Shown here: one piece after another, positions 30,641 through 39,853 of the stretch
How the letters are laid out: every line of letters begins with the position of its first letter
How positions within the stretch are numbered: the stretch's first letter is position 1
Assembly (NCBI GenBank): GCA_965224085.1
Contig: CBDCYI010000011.1
Span: forward strand, 96,001 to 160,000
Source: Candidatus Marinacidobacterales bacterium
GTDB taxonomy: Bacteria; Acidobacteriota; Vicinamibacteria; Marinacidobacterales; SMYC01
Direction: 5' to 3'
Length of the DNA: 64,000 bases
Notes under the pieces: model-generated
The model's input: the letters and a program-made list of their open reading frames with translations, nothing else
Databases searched by the model: none
What the model was told of the DNA's origin: nothing
Translations under genes and position numbers: made by a program

Positions 30641-32590
30641 CTTAGACGGAGCTTCCGCCGGCTAGACGCATGTAAACCCGTACGTTTAAAGCAGATGTGG
30701 CCGTTCTAAGTGTAATCAGTACGCATGTAATAATAACGGTATGGTTGATAATGCTGATTAGATCCTGTATAGTCGGCGCATGTACATCGCCAAGGTGCCG
30801 AACCGTAACTCGCCCCCAGCGATTCTCATTCGCGAAAGCTACCGCGAAGGCGGTAAGCCCAAAACGAGGACCGTCGCCAACATCTCGAAGTGGAAGCCCG
30901 CTCGAATTGAAGCTCTTCGCCAGTTGCTGAAGGGCAACGTGGATTTGGGTGAGGCTCAGCAATTCGAGATCACCAGAAGCAAACCTCACGGACATGTTGC
31001 GGCCGTGCTGGGAACGCTGCGCAAAGTTGGCCTCGAGCGAATCATCCATAGCCGCCAGCGCCGAGAGCGTGACCTCGTGGTGGCGATGATTGTGGCGCGA
31101 ATCGTAGAGCCGGGCTCCAAGTTGGCCACGGCCCGTGGTCTATCGAAACAGACCTTGACTTCGTCTTTGGGTGAGTGTGTTGGAGTTGAAGACTCCAACG
31201 AGGATGAGTTGTATGAGGCCCTGGATTGGCTTTTGAGCCGCCAAGCTGCCATAGAGAAGAAACTGGCGAAACGCCATCTGCAGCAGGGCAGCTTGGTTCT
31301 CTACGACTTGACGTCGACTTGGGTGGAAGGTCGGTCGTGCCCTCTGGCGAAGCTCGGTTACTCGAGAGACGGCAAGAAAAACAAACTGCAGATCGTGTTC
31401 GGCTTACTGTGTGAGCGTAATGGTCGGCCGGTCGGGGTAGAGGTGTTCGAAGGCAACACCGGAGATCCCGCAACACTGGGGAGCCAAATTCGCAAAGTCC
31501 GAGAACGTTTTGAGCTTGACAATATCGTCTTCGTAGGTGACCGAGGGATGATCACCGAAGCTCGGATTCGCGAGGAACTTCGACCAGAGGAAGGTCTCGA
31601 GTGGATCAGCTCACTTCGTGCCCCGCAGATTCAGCGACTTGCAAAAGACGGAATGCTACAGCCTTCTCTGTTCGATGAGGTCGACCTAGCGGAGATCCAT
31701 CATCCTAACTTTCCTGGTGAGCGACTCATTGCTTGTCGCAACCCTCTTCTTGCTGCCGAGCGGGCACGGAAACGGGAAGAGATGCTTGTGTCGACGGAGT
31801 CGAAGCTAGAAGTGATTCGCAAAGCGACGAAGCGAGACCAGCGTCCTTTGCGAGGCAAAGATACCATCGGCATACGATTGGGTCGAGTGTTCGCTCGGAG
31901 CAAGATGGGCAAGCACTTTCGCTACACCATTACGGACGACAGCTTCGACTTCGAGCGCGACAACGATAACATCGAGCGTGAGGCGACCCTCGACGGTATC
32001 TATATCATTCGTACAAGCCTCACCGAAGAGGCCATCTCCGCAGACGAAGCTGTCAAGACCTACAAAGGCTTGGCAGTCGTTGAACGCGCTTTTCGTTGCT
32101 GCAAAACCGTGGATTTGAAAGTACGGCCCATCTATCACTACAACGCTGAGCGAGTTCGAGCTCACATCTTTCTTTGCATGCTCGCCTACTACGTGGAATG
32201 GCACATGCGAAAAGCCCTCGCCCCGATCTTGTTTGACGACGACGACACTGACGGTGCCCAAGCCAAACGCTCATCCATCGTCAGCCCAGCAACGTCTTCA
32301 GACTCCGCCCAGGCAAAGGCTTCTACCAAGAAGTCTCCCGATGGGTTGCCCGTCCACAGTTTCAGAACGCTTCTTTCTGATCTTGCTACGGTCACGAAAA
32401 ATCAAGTCGAAAACGACGCCCGCGGCCTGTCCTTCGTCAGCGTTACTCGCCCTACACCCTTGCAGCACAAAGCATTCAACCTCCTCGGAATCAATCCCCG
32501 CACGATGTAAGCAGTACACACGCCTCTCTTAAAAAACAAGACTAATGATGCCAACACTTACGCTTGTTCATCTGTGGAAGTTCCGCTTAG
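30641..32590 (+). mobile_element. IS1634 family element C, nested in the right end of element B
   Basis: CTTAG directly repeated at 30641-30645 and 32586-32590; imperfect IR cores CGGAGCTTCC / GGAAGTTCCG. Confidence 0.88.
30780..32510 (+). CDS. IS1634 family transposase C
   Basis: LYDLTSTWVEG, GYSRDGKK, VGDRGM, YKGLAVVERAFR, RPIYH; clearly related to transposase A. Confidence 0.93.
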   Translation: MYIAKVPNRNSPPAILIRESYREGGKPKTRTVANISKWKPARIEALRQLLKGNVDLGEAQQFEITRSKPHGHVAAVLGTLRKVGLERIIHSRQRRERDLVVAMIVARIVEPGSKLATARGLSKQTLTSSLGECVGVEDSNEDELYEALDWLLSRQAAIEKKLAKRHLQQGSLVLYDLTSTWVEGRSCPLAKLGYSRDGKKNKLQIVFGLLCERNGRPVGVEVFEGNTGDPATLGSQIRKVRERFELDNIVFVGDRGMITEARIREELRPEEGLEWISSLRAPQIQRLAKDGMLQPSLFDEVDLAEIHHPNFPGERLIACRNPLLAAERARKREEMLVSTESKLEVIRKATKRDQRPLRGKDTIGIRLGRVFARSKMGKHFRYTITDDSFDFERDNDNIEREATLDGIYIIRTSLTEEAISADEAVKTYKGLAVVERAFRCCKTVDLKVRPIYHYNAERVRAHIFLCMLAYYVEWHMRKALAPILFDDDDTDGAQAKRSSIVSPATSSDSAQAKASTKKSPDGLPVHSFRTLLSDLATVTKNQVENDARGLSFVSVTRPTPLQHKAFNLLGINPRTM

Positions 32591-32780
32591 AGACCTAAAA
32601 GGGAAACATGGGCTAGTGTAGGGCAAGCGGATCGGACGAAGCAGGTCGATGATTCTCTCTGGCCAGCTGCTCAAGACACAGATATCCACAAGCAGCTGGG
32701 GAACAAACGGCACCAGGCCAGGCGGCACGTCGAGTGCCGCTTTGTACTCGCGGGTCGTCGCAGCGGGCGTCCTTAAAATT

Positions 32781-33911
32781 CTACCGCAGGCCGAAGTGGC
32801 GCTCCGTCGTGCCCTGAAACCGGTTCGGATCGAACAGCGGCAACTCGGTTTCTTTTCCCAGAATATGCTCGGCCAAAAGCTTTCCCACGTACGGCCCGAT
32901 GGTGAAGCCACCGCGGGTACAACCGACGACGAAGGCATTCGGCAGTTCGTTCAACTCTCCGGCAAGCGGCATGTAGTCGGCAACGAAGCCCTCGAAACCA
33001 TGCCAGGTCCGCACCAATCGCGTCTTTGCCAGGGCGGGAATCGTGTGTTGCGCCAGACGGAGGTTTCCGATCAAGTTTTCCATGACGATGTCGGTCCGGC
33101 CTTCGTCGAGTGTGCCCGAGCCTTGCCAGCCGCCACCGATCAAAACCGTTCCGTTGGTCGACTGCTTCAGCGTCAATAGACCGAGAGCGTGAACGAGGAC
33201 CCGGGTGATGGTTGCAGGGCAGCGCTCGGTTACCGCCACCTGGTTGATGCGAACGCGAACCGGCAGAGAAGCGCCCAGATTGCGGGTGAGCGTTCCGAGC
33301 CAAGCTCCTCCCGCCATGACGAGACGCCGAGCCCGAAGGGTGGCGCCCTTACCGGTCACGGAGAAACCCTCTCCGTCTCGGGCCAGCGCGGTGACTTCGA
33401 AACCCTCCCGGACATCGACTCGGGCCTGGAGGAGCATCTTGCGATAGGCAAGCCCGGTGAGAGCGGAGTTAGCGAAGCCATCGAAAGGGCAGTAGCTCGC
33501 CAGAACGACGTGTGAAGAGAGTGACGGCTCGAGCTCGCGAGCGCGAGCCGCATCGACGATCTCGATGGGCGCTCCCGCTTGCCGTTTCTCCTCCATGTGG
33601 GTTCTCATGGCTTCCGCCTCTTCCTCGGTGAAGGCGTTGCTGAGGCCGCCGATACGGCGGTAACCGACGTCGACACCCGATCGCTCCGCCATCGTTTCCC
33701 ACAGATCCAGGCTTCGGAGCGCGTAGGGTATGAGACCGACTCGCTTGTTCTGAAGGGACAGCGTACCCGCGTTCACCCCCGAAGCCGAGGAGCACAGACC
33801 GCGGCGGTCGAGCACCGCGACGCGCATCCCCGCTTCCGCCAGGTGGAGAGCAGTGGTGCAGCCCATGATGCCCCCACCAAGGACGACGACATCGAGTACT
33901 CGCTCGCTCAC
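32781..33911 (-). CDS. DAO-family FAD oxidoreductase (OoxB/HcnC/LhpB-like subunit)
   Basis: VVLGGGIMG, ASGVNAG and RTWHGFE motifs; in an operon with OoxA-like and ferredoxin genes. Confidence 0.85.
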   Translation of the reverse strand: MSERVLDVVVLGGGIMGCTTALHLAEAGMRVAVLDRRGLCSSASGVNAGTLSLQNKRVGLIPYALRSLDLWETMAERSGVDVGYRRIGGLSNAFTEEEAEAMRTHMEEKRQAGAPIEIVDAARARELEPSLSSHVVLASYCPFDGFANSALTGLAYRKMLLQARVDVREGFEVTALARDGEGFSVTGKGATLRARRLVMAGGAWLGTLTRNLGASLPVRVRINQVAVTERCPATITRVLVHALGLLTLKQSTNGTVLIGGGWQGSGTLDEGRTDIVMENLIGNLRLAQHTIPALAKTRLVRTWHGFEGFVADYMPLAGELNELPNAFVVGCTRGGFTIGPYVGKLLAEHILGKETELPLFDPNRFQGTTERHFGLR

Positions 33912-34831
33912 GCCGACGCCATCCGCTCCGGGGAAGCCGGCAGGAGATGGATCTCCTCGAGCACGGCACGAATCGTGTCTCTCTGCTCTGGGCTCAACGG
34001 CTTGATCGGATCGCGGGGCCAGCCGCCCGGTCGGCCGAGCAGGTCGAGGGCGGCTTTGACCCCGGCCGGGAACGTGCCCACGCCAAACATCGCGGCGTTC
34101 AGCGTTGCCATATCCGCCTGCATCAGGCGAGCCTCGTGGAGATCACCGGACACCACGGTGTCGTAGAACTCCCGTGAGCGCTTTCCGAGAACCGGTGTCG
34201 AGGAGTCGATGTAGCCGACGGCGCCCGCCGATAGGCAAGCAAGGCCGATCACGCTCGCGTAGCCGGCCAGAACCGACATGCGGTCCCCAACCCGGCGGAT
34301 CATCTCGGAGAGCAACACGAAATCCTTCGAGCTCTCTTTGAGAGCGATCACTCGCGGCTCGTCCGCCAGACGATCGACGAGATCGGCGGACAACGTGATG
34401 CCGGTGCGACGAGGGATGTTGTAGACCACGATGGGAAGCTTTGTCGCTTCGAGGATCTTCCGGTAGTAGTCCTCGATCTCCTCTTCTCCCGGCAGCACGT
34501 ACCACGGCGGCTGGATCATGATGGCGTCGCATCCGGCTCGCTCCGCCTGGTGGGCTTTGAAGATCGCTTTGTGCGCGCTCGTGGCGCCGCAGCCGGCGAT
34601 GACCGGTAGGCGTTCATTCGCCTGATCGACGGCGGTCTGGAAGACCTCGAGGCGCTCCTCGTCTTGGAGCGCCCAGGACTCACCGGTACACCCGTTCACC
34701 AGCAACCCGTGGACCCCGTCGTCGATGACCAGGTCGATCAGTTTTCGCAAAGCCGCAAGATCCAGACCTTCGTCCTCGTCAAACGGCGTGGTGAGAGCGG
34801 GTACCACTCCTTTCAGTTCCAGCATCGTCAT
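33908..34831 (-). CDS. Dihydrodipicolinate synthase/N-acetylneuraminate lyase family protein (paralog 1)
   Basis: PALTTPF, GCTGE, YNIPRRTG, ALKES (Schiff-base Lys). Confidence 0.9.
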   Translation of the reverse strand: MTMLELKGVVPALTTPFDEDEGLDLAALRKLIDLVIDDGVHGLLVNGCTGESWALQDEERLEVFQTAVDQANERLPVIAGCGATSAHKAIFKAHQAERAGCDAIMIQPPWYVLPGEEEIEDYYRKILEATKLPIVVYNIPRRTGITLSADLVDRLADEPRVIALKESSKDFVLLSEMIRRVGDRMSVLAGYASVIGLACLSAGAVGYIDSSTPVLGKRSREFYDTVVSGDLHEARLMQADMATLNAAMFGVGTFPAGVKAALDLLGRPGGWPRDPIKPLSPEQRDTIRAVLEEIHLLPASPERMASA

Positions 34832-34840
34832 CTCTCCTTT

Positions 34841-36274
34841 TCAACGAGGAGGGGGTGGCGGAAGGGGAATCTCCTCGTAACGAAACTCTCCGGTAAGGAT
34901 CTCCATGAGCACGGGGCGAAGCGGTGCTCGCCCCGTCCACTGCCCGACTTGGTCCCGGTTGCCCACGCGTGCCGCGAGCAGGCTCGCCACCGCCTCACCG
35001 CACATGCGTCCCTGGCACGGTCCCATCCCGCACCGCGTCCAGGCCTTGAGCTGATTCAGCTCTAAGGCGCCGTTGTCGAGGGCGTCGTCGATTTCGCCTC
35101 GGGGAACGTCTTCACAGCGGCACACGACCGTGTCGCCAGTGATCGTTCCCACCAGACCGGGACGAAGCTTCATGAGCTGGCTCATCGCCGAGCCGAACCG
35201 CTCAGCGCGACGGAGCCGCCGTCTCGGCGTCGACATCGCCCGGGCCCAATCGTCGCGAGACACTTTTCCGAGATCGTAAGCAGCGGCGAGGCCGGCCAGC
35301 TCGCCTCTCAACGCGGCTGCCTTCGCTCCCGCGATCCCCGCCACGTCTCCCGCCACGTAGAGCCCGGGGAGCGACGTGCGAAAGAGCTCGTCGTGGGTGG
35401 CAACCCAGCCTCCCTCGTCGGCTCGATATTCGTGGTCTACACCGAGAAGTCGGCTCACCTCGGTTGCTGGAACGAGCCCGTGACCGACGGCGAGAACGTC
35501 CGTCTCGAAGACACGAGTTTCTTGGTCGGGGAGCGGCTTCCACTCGGAATCGACGGGGGTAACCCGAACCTCACGAACCCGATCCTCACCCCTCACTTCC
35601 GTGACCGCATGGCGGGAGAGCGCCGGCACTCCGGCGCCGCGGATCCGAGCCATCCAGCCCATTCCTTGAAACGCGAGATCGGGCCGGCCCATGAGACGAG
35701 GGGCCACACGAAGCGCATCCGCCGGGCCGTTCAAATCGACGACAGCCACGAGCTCCCCTCCTCCTTTGAGCACGCCGGCAGCAACGGCGAGAAGTAGGGG
35801 ACCGGCACCGGCGACGACCGTACGGCGGCCCGGCAACATCTGCTGGCTCTTCAGGAGGAGTGTCGCAGCGCCAAGACCGATCACGCCGGGTAGCGTCCAT
35901 CCGGGAAAAGGAATGACACGCTCGAAGGTCCCGGTGGCGAGGATCAAGCTCTTCGAGCGGAAGGACTCCAAACCGCCGGGGCCCACCGCTTCCAGGACGA
36001 AGCCGCGGCTCACCAGCCATACGGTACGACCGAAGTACGTCTCGACGTCGCTCCCCGCAAGCTCGTCGCGCAGGCGCGCTCCCCGCTGGTGCTCCGCTCC
36101 GAGAGCTCGGCGATCATCGACGGTGAAGCTCGACGGTGGTGCTTTGTAAATCTGACCTCCAGCGACGGGAGCTTCGTCGATCAACGCCACCCGGAGGCCG
36201 TGACGGCTGGCGGCGAGCGCCGCGCCTACTCCCGCAGGACCAGCCCCGAGAACGACGAGATCACTTTCCACCAT
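34841..36274 (-). CDS. FAD/NAD(P) oxidoreductase with BFD-like [2Fe-2S] domain (OoxA/HcnB/LhpF-like)
   Basis: GAGPAG, ATG.ER..PFPGWTLPGV, VCRCE and GMGPCQGRMC. Confidence 0.9.
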   Translation of the reverse strand: MVESDLVVLGAGPAGVGAALAASRHGLRVALIDEAPVAGGQIYKAPPSSFTVDDRRALGAEHQRGARLRDELAGSDVETYFGRTVWLVSRGFVLEAVGPGGLESFRSKSLILATGTFERVIPFPGWTLPGVIGLGAATLLLKSQQMLPGRRTVVAGAGPLLLAVAAGVLKGGGELVAVVDLNGPADALRVAPRLMGRPDLAFQGMGWMARIRGAGVPALSRHAVTEVRGEDRVREVRVTPVDSEWKPLPDQETRVFETDVLAVGHGLVPATEVSRLLGVDHEYRADEGGWVATHDELFRTSLPGLYVAGDVAGIAGAKAAALRGELAGLAAAYDLGKVSRDDWARAMSTPRRRLRRAERFGSAMSQLMKLRPGLVGTITGDTVVCRCEDVPRGEIDDALDNGALELNQLKAWTRCGMGPCQGRMCGEAVASLLAARVGNRDQVGQWTGRAPLRPVLMEILTGEFRYEEIPLPPPPPR

Positions 36275-36277
36275 CGC

Positions 36278-36589
36278 TCAGCGCCTGAGATGGATTTCCA
36301 TTCCATCGCGGATCGGCGTCAGGCAGGCGGGCACGGTACGCCCGTCGACCTCCACCACGCACTCCTGACAGACGCCCATCGCGCAGAACACCCCTCTTGG
36401 TTGACCCAAACGCGGGCTCGATCGCAGGTAGACGACGCCGGCAGCGAGAAGCGCCGCTGCCACGCTCTCTCCCTCGTAGGCGGAGAGGGGCTGGCCGTCG
36501 ACGATGACGCTCGCCGGCAACGGTCTTTCGACGGCCTTGCCGATGCGGAGGTCCGTCGCGCGATGTCGGGATCGTTTCCAGAAAGCCAC
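36278..36589 (-). CDS. [2Fe-2S] ferredoxin-like subunit (HcnA/LhpE-like)
   Basis: GESVAAALL, PRGVFCAMGVCQEC...AC; start estimated at GTG 36589. Confidence 0.85.
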   Translation of the reverse strand: MAFWKRSRHRATDLRIGKAVERPLPASVIVDGQPLSAYEGESVAAALLAAGVVYLRSSPRLGQPRGVFCAMGVCQECVVEVDGRTVPACLTPIRDGMEIHLRR

Positions 36590-36593
36590 GGCG

Positions 36594-37382
36594 CTACATC
36601 CGCCCCGCATCGATGCGGAGAAACTCGCCCGTAATGGCGCTCGCTGCATCGCTGGCCAGGAACAGCGTCGCTTTCGCGACCTCATCGGACTCGACCCACC
36701 GCCGAAGGGCGGCCACGTCGGTGTAGGAGCTCTTGATGATCTCCTCACGCGAGCGTCCCTCCACTTTAGCCCGACGATCAACTACCCGTTCCATGAGCTC
36801 GCCGTGCACTGCGCCAGGGCAGACGGCGTTGACCCGTATTCCGTACTCTCCCACCTCATGGGCGACGGATTCCGTGATGCCGTTGACGGCAAACTTGGTT
36901 GCCACGTAAGCGCTGCGCTTCGGATACCCCCTCAACCCCGAAATCGAGGACACGTTGATGATGGAGCCACCGCCCCGCTCCTTCATCATCGGGATGGCGT
37001 ACTTGGTACACAGGGCAACCCCGCGTACGTTGACGGCCATCACTTCATCCCAGAGCTCCATGTCCATCTCCGAAGCTTCTGCGATGGGGCCGATCACACC
37101 GGCGTTGTTGACCAGAACATCGAGCCCGCCGTAGGTATGGCGGCAGAGCTCGAACAAGGCGGCCACGTCCTGCTCGCGGGAGACGTCGGCGCGGCAGGCG
37201 CTTCCGGAAATCTCCCCCGCCACTTCCTCGAGCGGCTCCTGGCGGCGCCCAGCGACGACCACCGAGCAGCCCCGGGCGGCAAACAGCCGAGCAATTGAGC
37301 GGCCGATACCGGTACCGCCTCCGGTGACGACGGCCACTTTGTTCGTCAGCACAGCTTCTCCGTTTCTCTCCGACATCGTCAT
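36594..37382 (-). CDS. Short-chain dehydrogenase/reductase
   Basis: TGGGTGIG, NNAG, YVATK. Confidence 0.92.
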   Translation of the reverse strand: MTMSERNGEAVLTNKVAVVTGGGTGIGRSIARLFAARGCSVVVAGRRQEPLEEVAGEISGSACRADVSREQDVAALFELCRHTYGGLDVLVNNAGVIGPIAEASEMDMELWDEVMAVNVRGVALCTKYAIPMMKERGGGSIINVSSISGLRGYPKRSAYVATKFAVNGITESVAHEVGEYGIRVNAVCPGAVHGELMERVVDRRAKVEGRSREEIIKSSYTDVAALRRWVESDEVAKATLFLASDAASAITGEFLRIDAGRM

Positions 37383-38752
37383 GTCCCTCCCCGAACGAGG
37401 CGCTCGAAAGCAGAAAGGAAGTTCTCGATCTGCTCTTCGGTCGTCGCCAGCGACACGCAACCGTGGAGCTTGGTCGTCAAGAGGAAGCCTTCGTTCAGAA
37501 GCGCCAGCGACGCGAGCTCCTGCCACCGCCTGTCCACCTTAAGCGCGGTACGGTAATCGCGGATCGCAAGGTCGGTGGCGTTGATCTTGAATAGCGAGCC
37601 CACCCCCGTTACTCGCAGGGGAAGCCCTTCGCCGATCCTTCGGAGCTCACGACGAATCCGCTCGCCGGAAGCGTTGAGCTCCCGGAACACTCCGGGAGTG
37701 AGCGCCTCCATCGTGGCCCTTCCTGCGACCATGCTGACCGGATTGGCGCTGAAGGTTCCAAAGTGAGGCACGCGATTGGCGCGATTCGGCTCGGTCACCG
37801 CCATTACTTCGGCCCGCCCCACCACGGCTCCGGCCGGAAATCCACCGCCGATGATCTTGCCGAGGACGGTGAGATCGGGTTTGACGCCGAGGAGACCCTG
37901 TGCGCCGTGGTAGCCGACGCGCAAGGCGATGACCTCGTCAAAAATTAGCACCATCCCGTGTCGGTCACAGATAGCGCGAAGCCCTTCCAGGAAGCGGGGC
38001 TCTGGCCGAATCAGGCCCATGCGGTGGGCCACAGGCTCGACGAGGAGCGCCGCGATGCGATGGGCGTTGGCCTCGAGGAGCTTCTCGGTCGCACCGAGCT
38101 CGTTGAATGGAAGAACGAGGGTGCGCGAAGGATGGGGAGGCACTCCCAGCGATCCCACGATGGGGACCGGCCGATCCACCGGCCCGACGTCGGGGCTCCC
38201 CGTGGCAACCGACCAAAACACGTCGTCATACGTGCCGTGGTAGCTCCCCTCGAACTTGGCGATCCCCTCACGACCGGTCAAGCCCCGGGCAATCTGGATG
38301 GCTACCATGACCGCTTCGGTTCCCGAGTTGGTGAATCGGACGCGCTCGGCGGAGGCGAGCCGCTGGCAGAGAAGCCGCGCGAACTCCACGTCGAGCTCGG
38401 TCGGGGCGAAGAAAGCGGTTCCACGGGACAACTGCTCGTGGACGGCCGCCAAGACCCCGGGATCGCCGTGGCCAAGAGGCAACGACGAGGCGTTGAACCA
38501 GAGGTCGGTGATGCGGCGTCCGTCCGCGTCGGTAACCCATCCGCCTTCTCCGCGCGAGAGGAAAGGCGCATACGGTTGGCGCAGCACTGCATCGCGGGTC
38601 GAGCCGCCCGGCTGGAAGCTTTGGGCTTCCTCGTTCAGACGCGCGGACTCCGGCGTCAAGCTTCGGTAGCGCGCTTCGATGGCGGAGGCCCGCTCCTTGA
38701 GCGAAGCGTAAAAGTCGTCGGCGGAGGACTTGCGTTCAGGGGACGTCGACAC
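37379..38752 (-). CDS. Class III aminotransferase (glutamate-1-semialdehyde aminomutase-like)
   Basis: NSGTEA, FEGSYHG, LIFDEV, LGKIIGGG, GTFSANP. Confidence 0.9.
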   Translation of the reverse strand: MSTSPERKSSADDFYASLKERASAIEARYRSLTPESARLNEEAQSFQPGGSTRDAVLRQPYAPFLSRGEGGWVTDADGRRITDLWFNASSLPLGHGDPGVLAAVHEQLSRGTAFFAPTELDVEFARLLCQRLASAERVRFTNSGTEAVMVAIQIARGLTGREGIAKFEGSYHGTYDDVFWSVATGSPDVGPVDRPVPIVGSLGVPPHPSRTLVLPFNELGATEKLLEANAHRIAALLVEPVAHRMGLIRPEPRFLEGLRAICDRHGMVLIFDEVIALRVGYHGAQGLLGVKPDLTVLGKIIGGGFPAGAVVGRAEVMAVTEPNRANRVPHFGTFSANPVSMVAGRATMEALTPGVFRELNASGERIRRELRRIGEGLPLRVTGVGSLFKINATDLAIRDYRTALKVDRRWQELASLALLNEGFLLTTKLHGCVSLATTEEQIENFLSAFERLVRGGT

Positions 38753-39578
38753 GGTTTTCTCCGAGAAGCGCGTCGGCGTCGTCCTGGGGGGAGTAGCCGA
38801 GCACTTCTCTCGCGTGGCTCAGATCGCGATAGCCCCTGGTGTTGTCGGATACGCCGTAGAAGATATCGAAACGAACCCTGGCCGGTGCCTCGATCGACTT
38901 CACGACTAGCTCGGCCAGATCCCGATGACTGACGAAGACCGCCCGCCCTCGGACGTCGCGGGGACGGTTCTCCGGACGCACGCTTCCTATACGAAGGCAG
39001 ATGACGGAGAGAGCGGTGGTCTCCGCATAAAAGCGTCCGAGCGCCTCGCCGAATAGCTTCGTCACCCCGTACAGGCTCATCGGCCTCGGCTCAACGTCTT
39101 TGGCAAGGCAAGCAACGGGCCCGTCCAGCTTTTGGTACTCGCCACGGGCTAGCTCCCGATAGGGAGAACTGTTCTCGTATCCCCTCACGGTGGCACCGCT
39201 GGAGGCGAAGACGATGCGGCGTAGGCCGGCATTCGCCGCGGCCTCGAACACGTTGTAGGTCCCGACGATGTTCGTCCGTTGAAGCTCGTAAAAGCCCGTC
39301 CTCGTACCCATCGGGCTCTGGACGCCTCCAGTGGCCGCAAGATGCACGACGGTATCGACGCCGGAGAAGGCGGGACGAATCGCCTCGAGCTCGGCGATGT
39401 CCGCCTGGAAGTTCCGCTCTCGAGCAAGACCGGGTGCGCCGCGGCGCGTGAGCGATGAGACCTGGTAGCGCTTCTCGAGTGCCGGTCGTATCGCCGCGCC
39501 GACGACGCCACTCAAGCCGGTGACCAGAATCTTGCGTTGCACCACCATTCGTCGCTTCTGTTCGAACTGGGGCGCCAC
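38736..39578 (-). CDS. NAD-dependent epimerase/dehydrogenase (uronate dehydrogenase-like)
   Basis: ILVTGLSGVVG, FASS, YGVTKLFGE, LRIGS, YGVSDN. Confidence 0.85.
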   Translation of the reverse strand: MAPQFEQKRRMVVQRKILVTGLSGVVGAAIRPALEKRYQVSSLTRRGAPGLARERNFQADIAELEAIRPAFSGVDTVVHLAATGGVQSPMGTRTGFYELQRTNIVGTYNVFEAAANAGLRRIVFASSGATVRGYENSSPYRELARGEYQKLDGPVACLAKDVEPRPMSLYGVTKLFGEALGRFYAETTALSVICLRIGSVRPENRPRDVRGRAVFVSHRDLAELVVKSIEAPARVRFDIFYGVSDNTRGYRDLSHAREVLGYSPQDDADALLGENRVDVP

Positions 39579-39583
39579 CGTTT

Positions 39584-39845
39584 CCTAGAAACGAAGGAGC
39601 ATTTCCGCGTCGTGTCCATAGGGGAACATCACGATGAAATCCTGAAAGCCCAGACTCTGAAATCGCCGCATTGTATCACCCACCTCGTCCTGGGTGCCGG
39701 CCGTGCCCACCCGCGTTGCCCGCTCCACGACCTCTTCACCCTTGGCGCCCGAGGGCAGCGACAAGCTCGGCGGATCGCTGTCTCAGCCCCTTGTCGTCAA
39801 GCCGCGCCCCGCATGGGCTCGAGCTGAATGCCGAAGCGAGCCACG
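39584..39845 (-). pseudogene. Luciferase-like (LLM) monooxygenase C-terminal remnant
   Basis: Manual translation AGTQDEVGDTMRRFQSLGFQDFIVMFP resembles the LLM C-terminal GTPxEV motif. Confidence 0.4.
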
Positions 39846-39853
39846 GCGCGCTC

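Larger units (their letters stand above)
28662..32616 (+). mobile_element. IS1634 family element B; right end interrupted by element C
   Basis: IRs TAGCCCATGTTT / AAACATGGGCTA; the uninterrupted right end is seen in the second copy at 58880. Confidence 0.85.

Noticed and set aside
32617-32780. Short minus-strand stretch resembling a methyltransferase N-terminus cut by IS1634
   Set aside because: No SAM motif present; similarity too weak to support without a search
32781-36589. Hydrogen cyanide synthase hcnABC call
   Set aside because: Same protein families, but the embedded DapA-like gene and catabolic context favour an opine/imino-acid oxidase; substrate cannot be assigned
37379-38752. hemL call
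   Set aside because: No tetrapyrrole genes nearby and it lies in an accessory operon; only family-level assignment is justified
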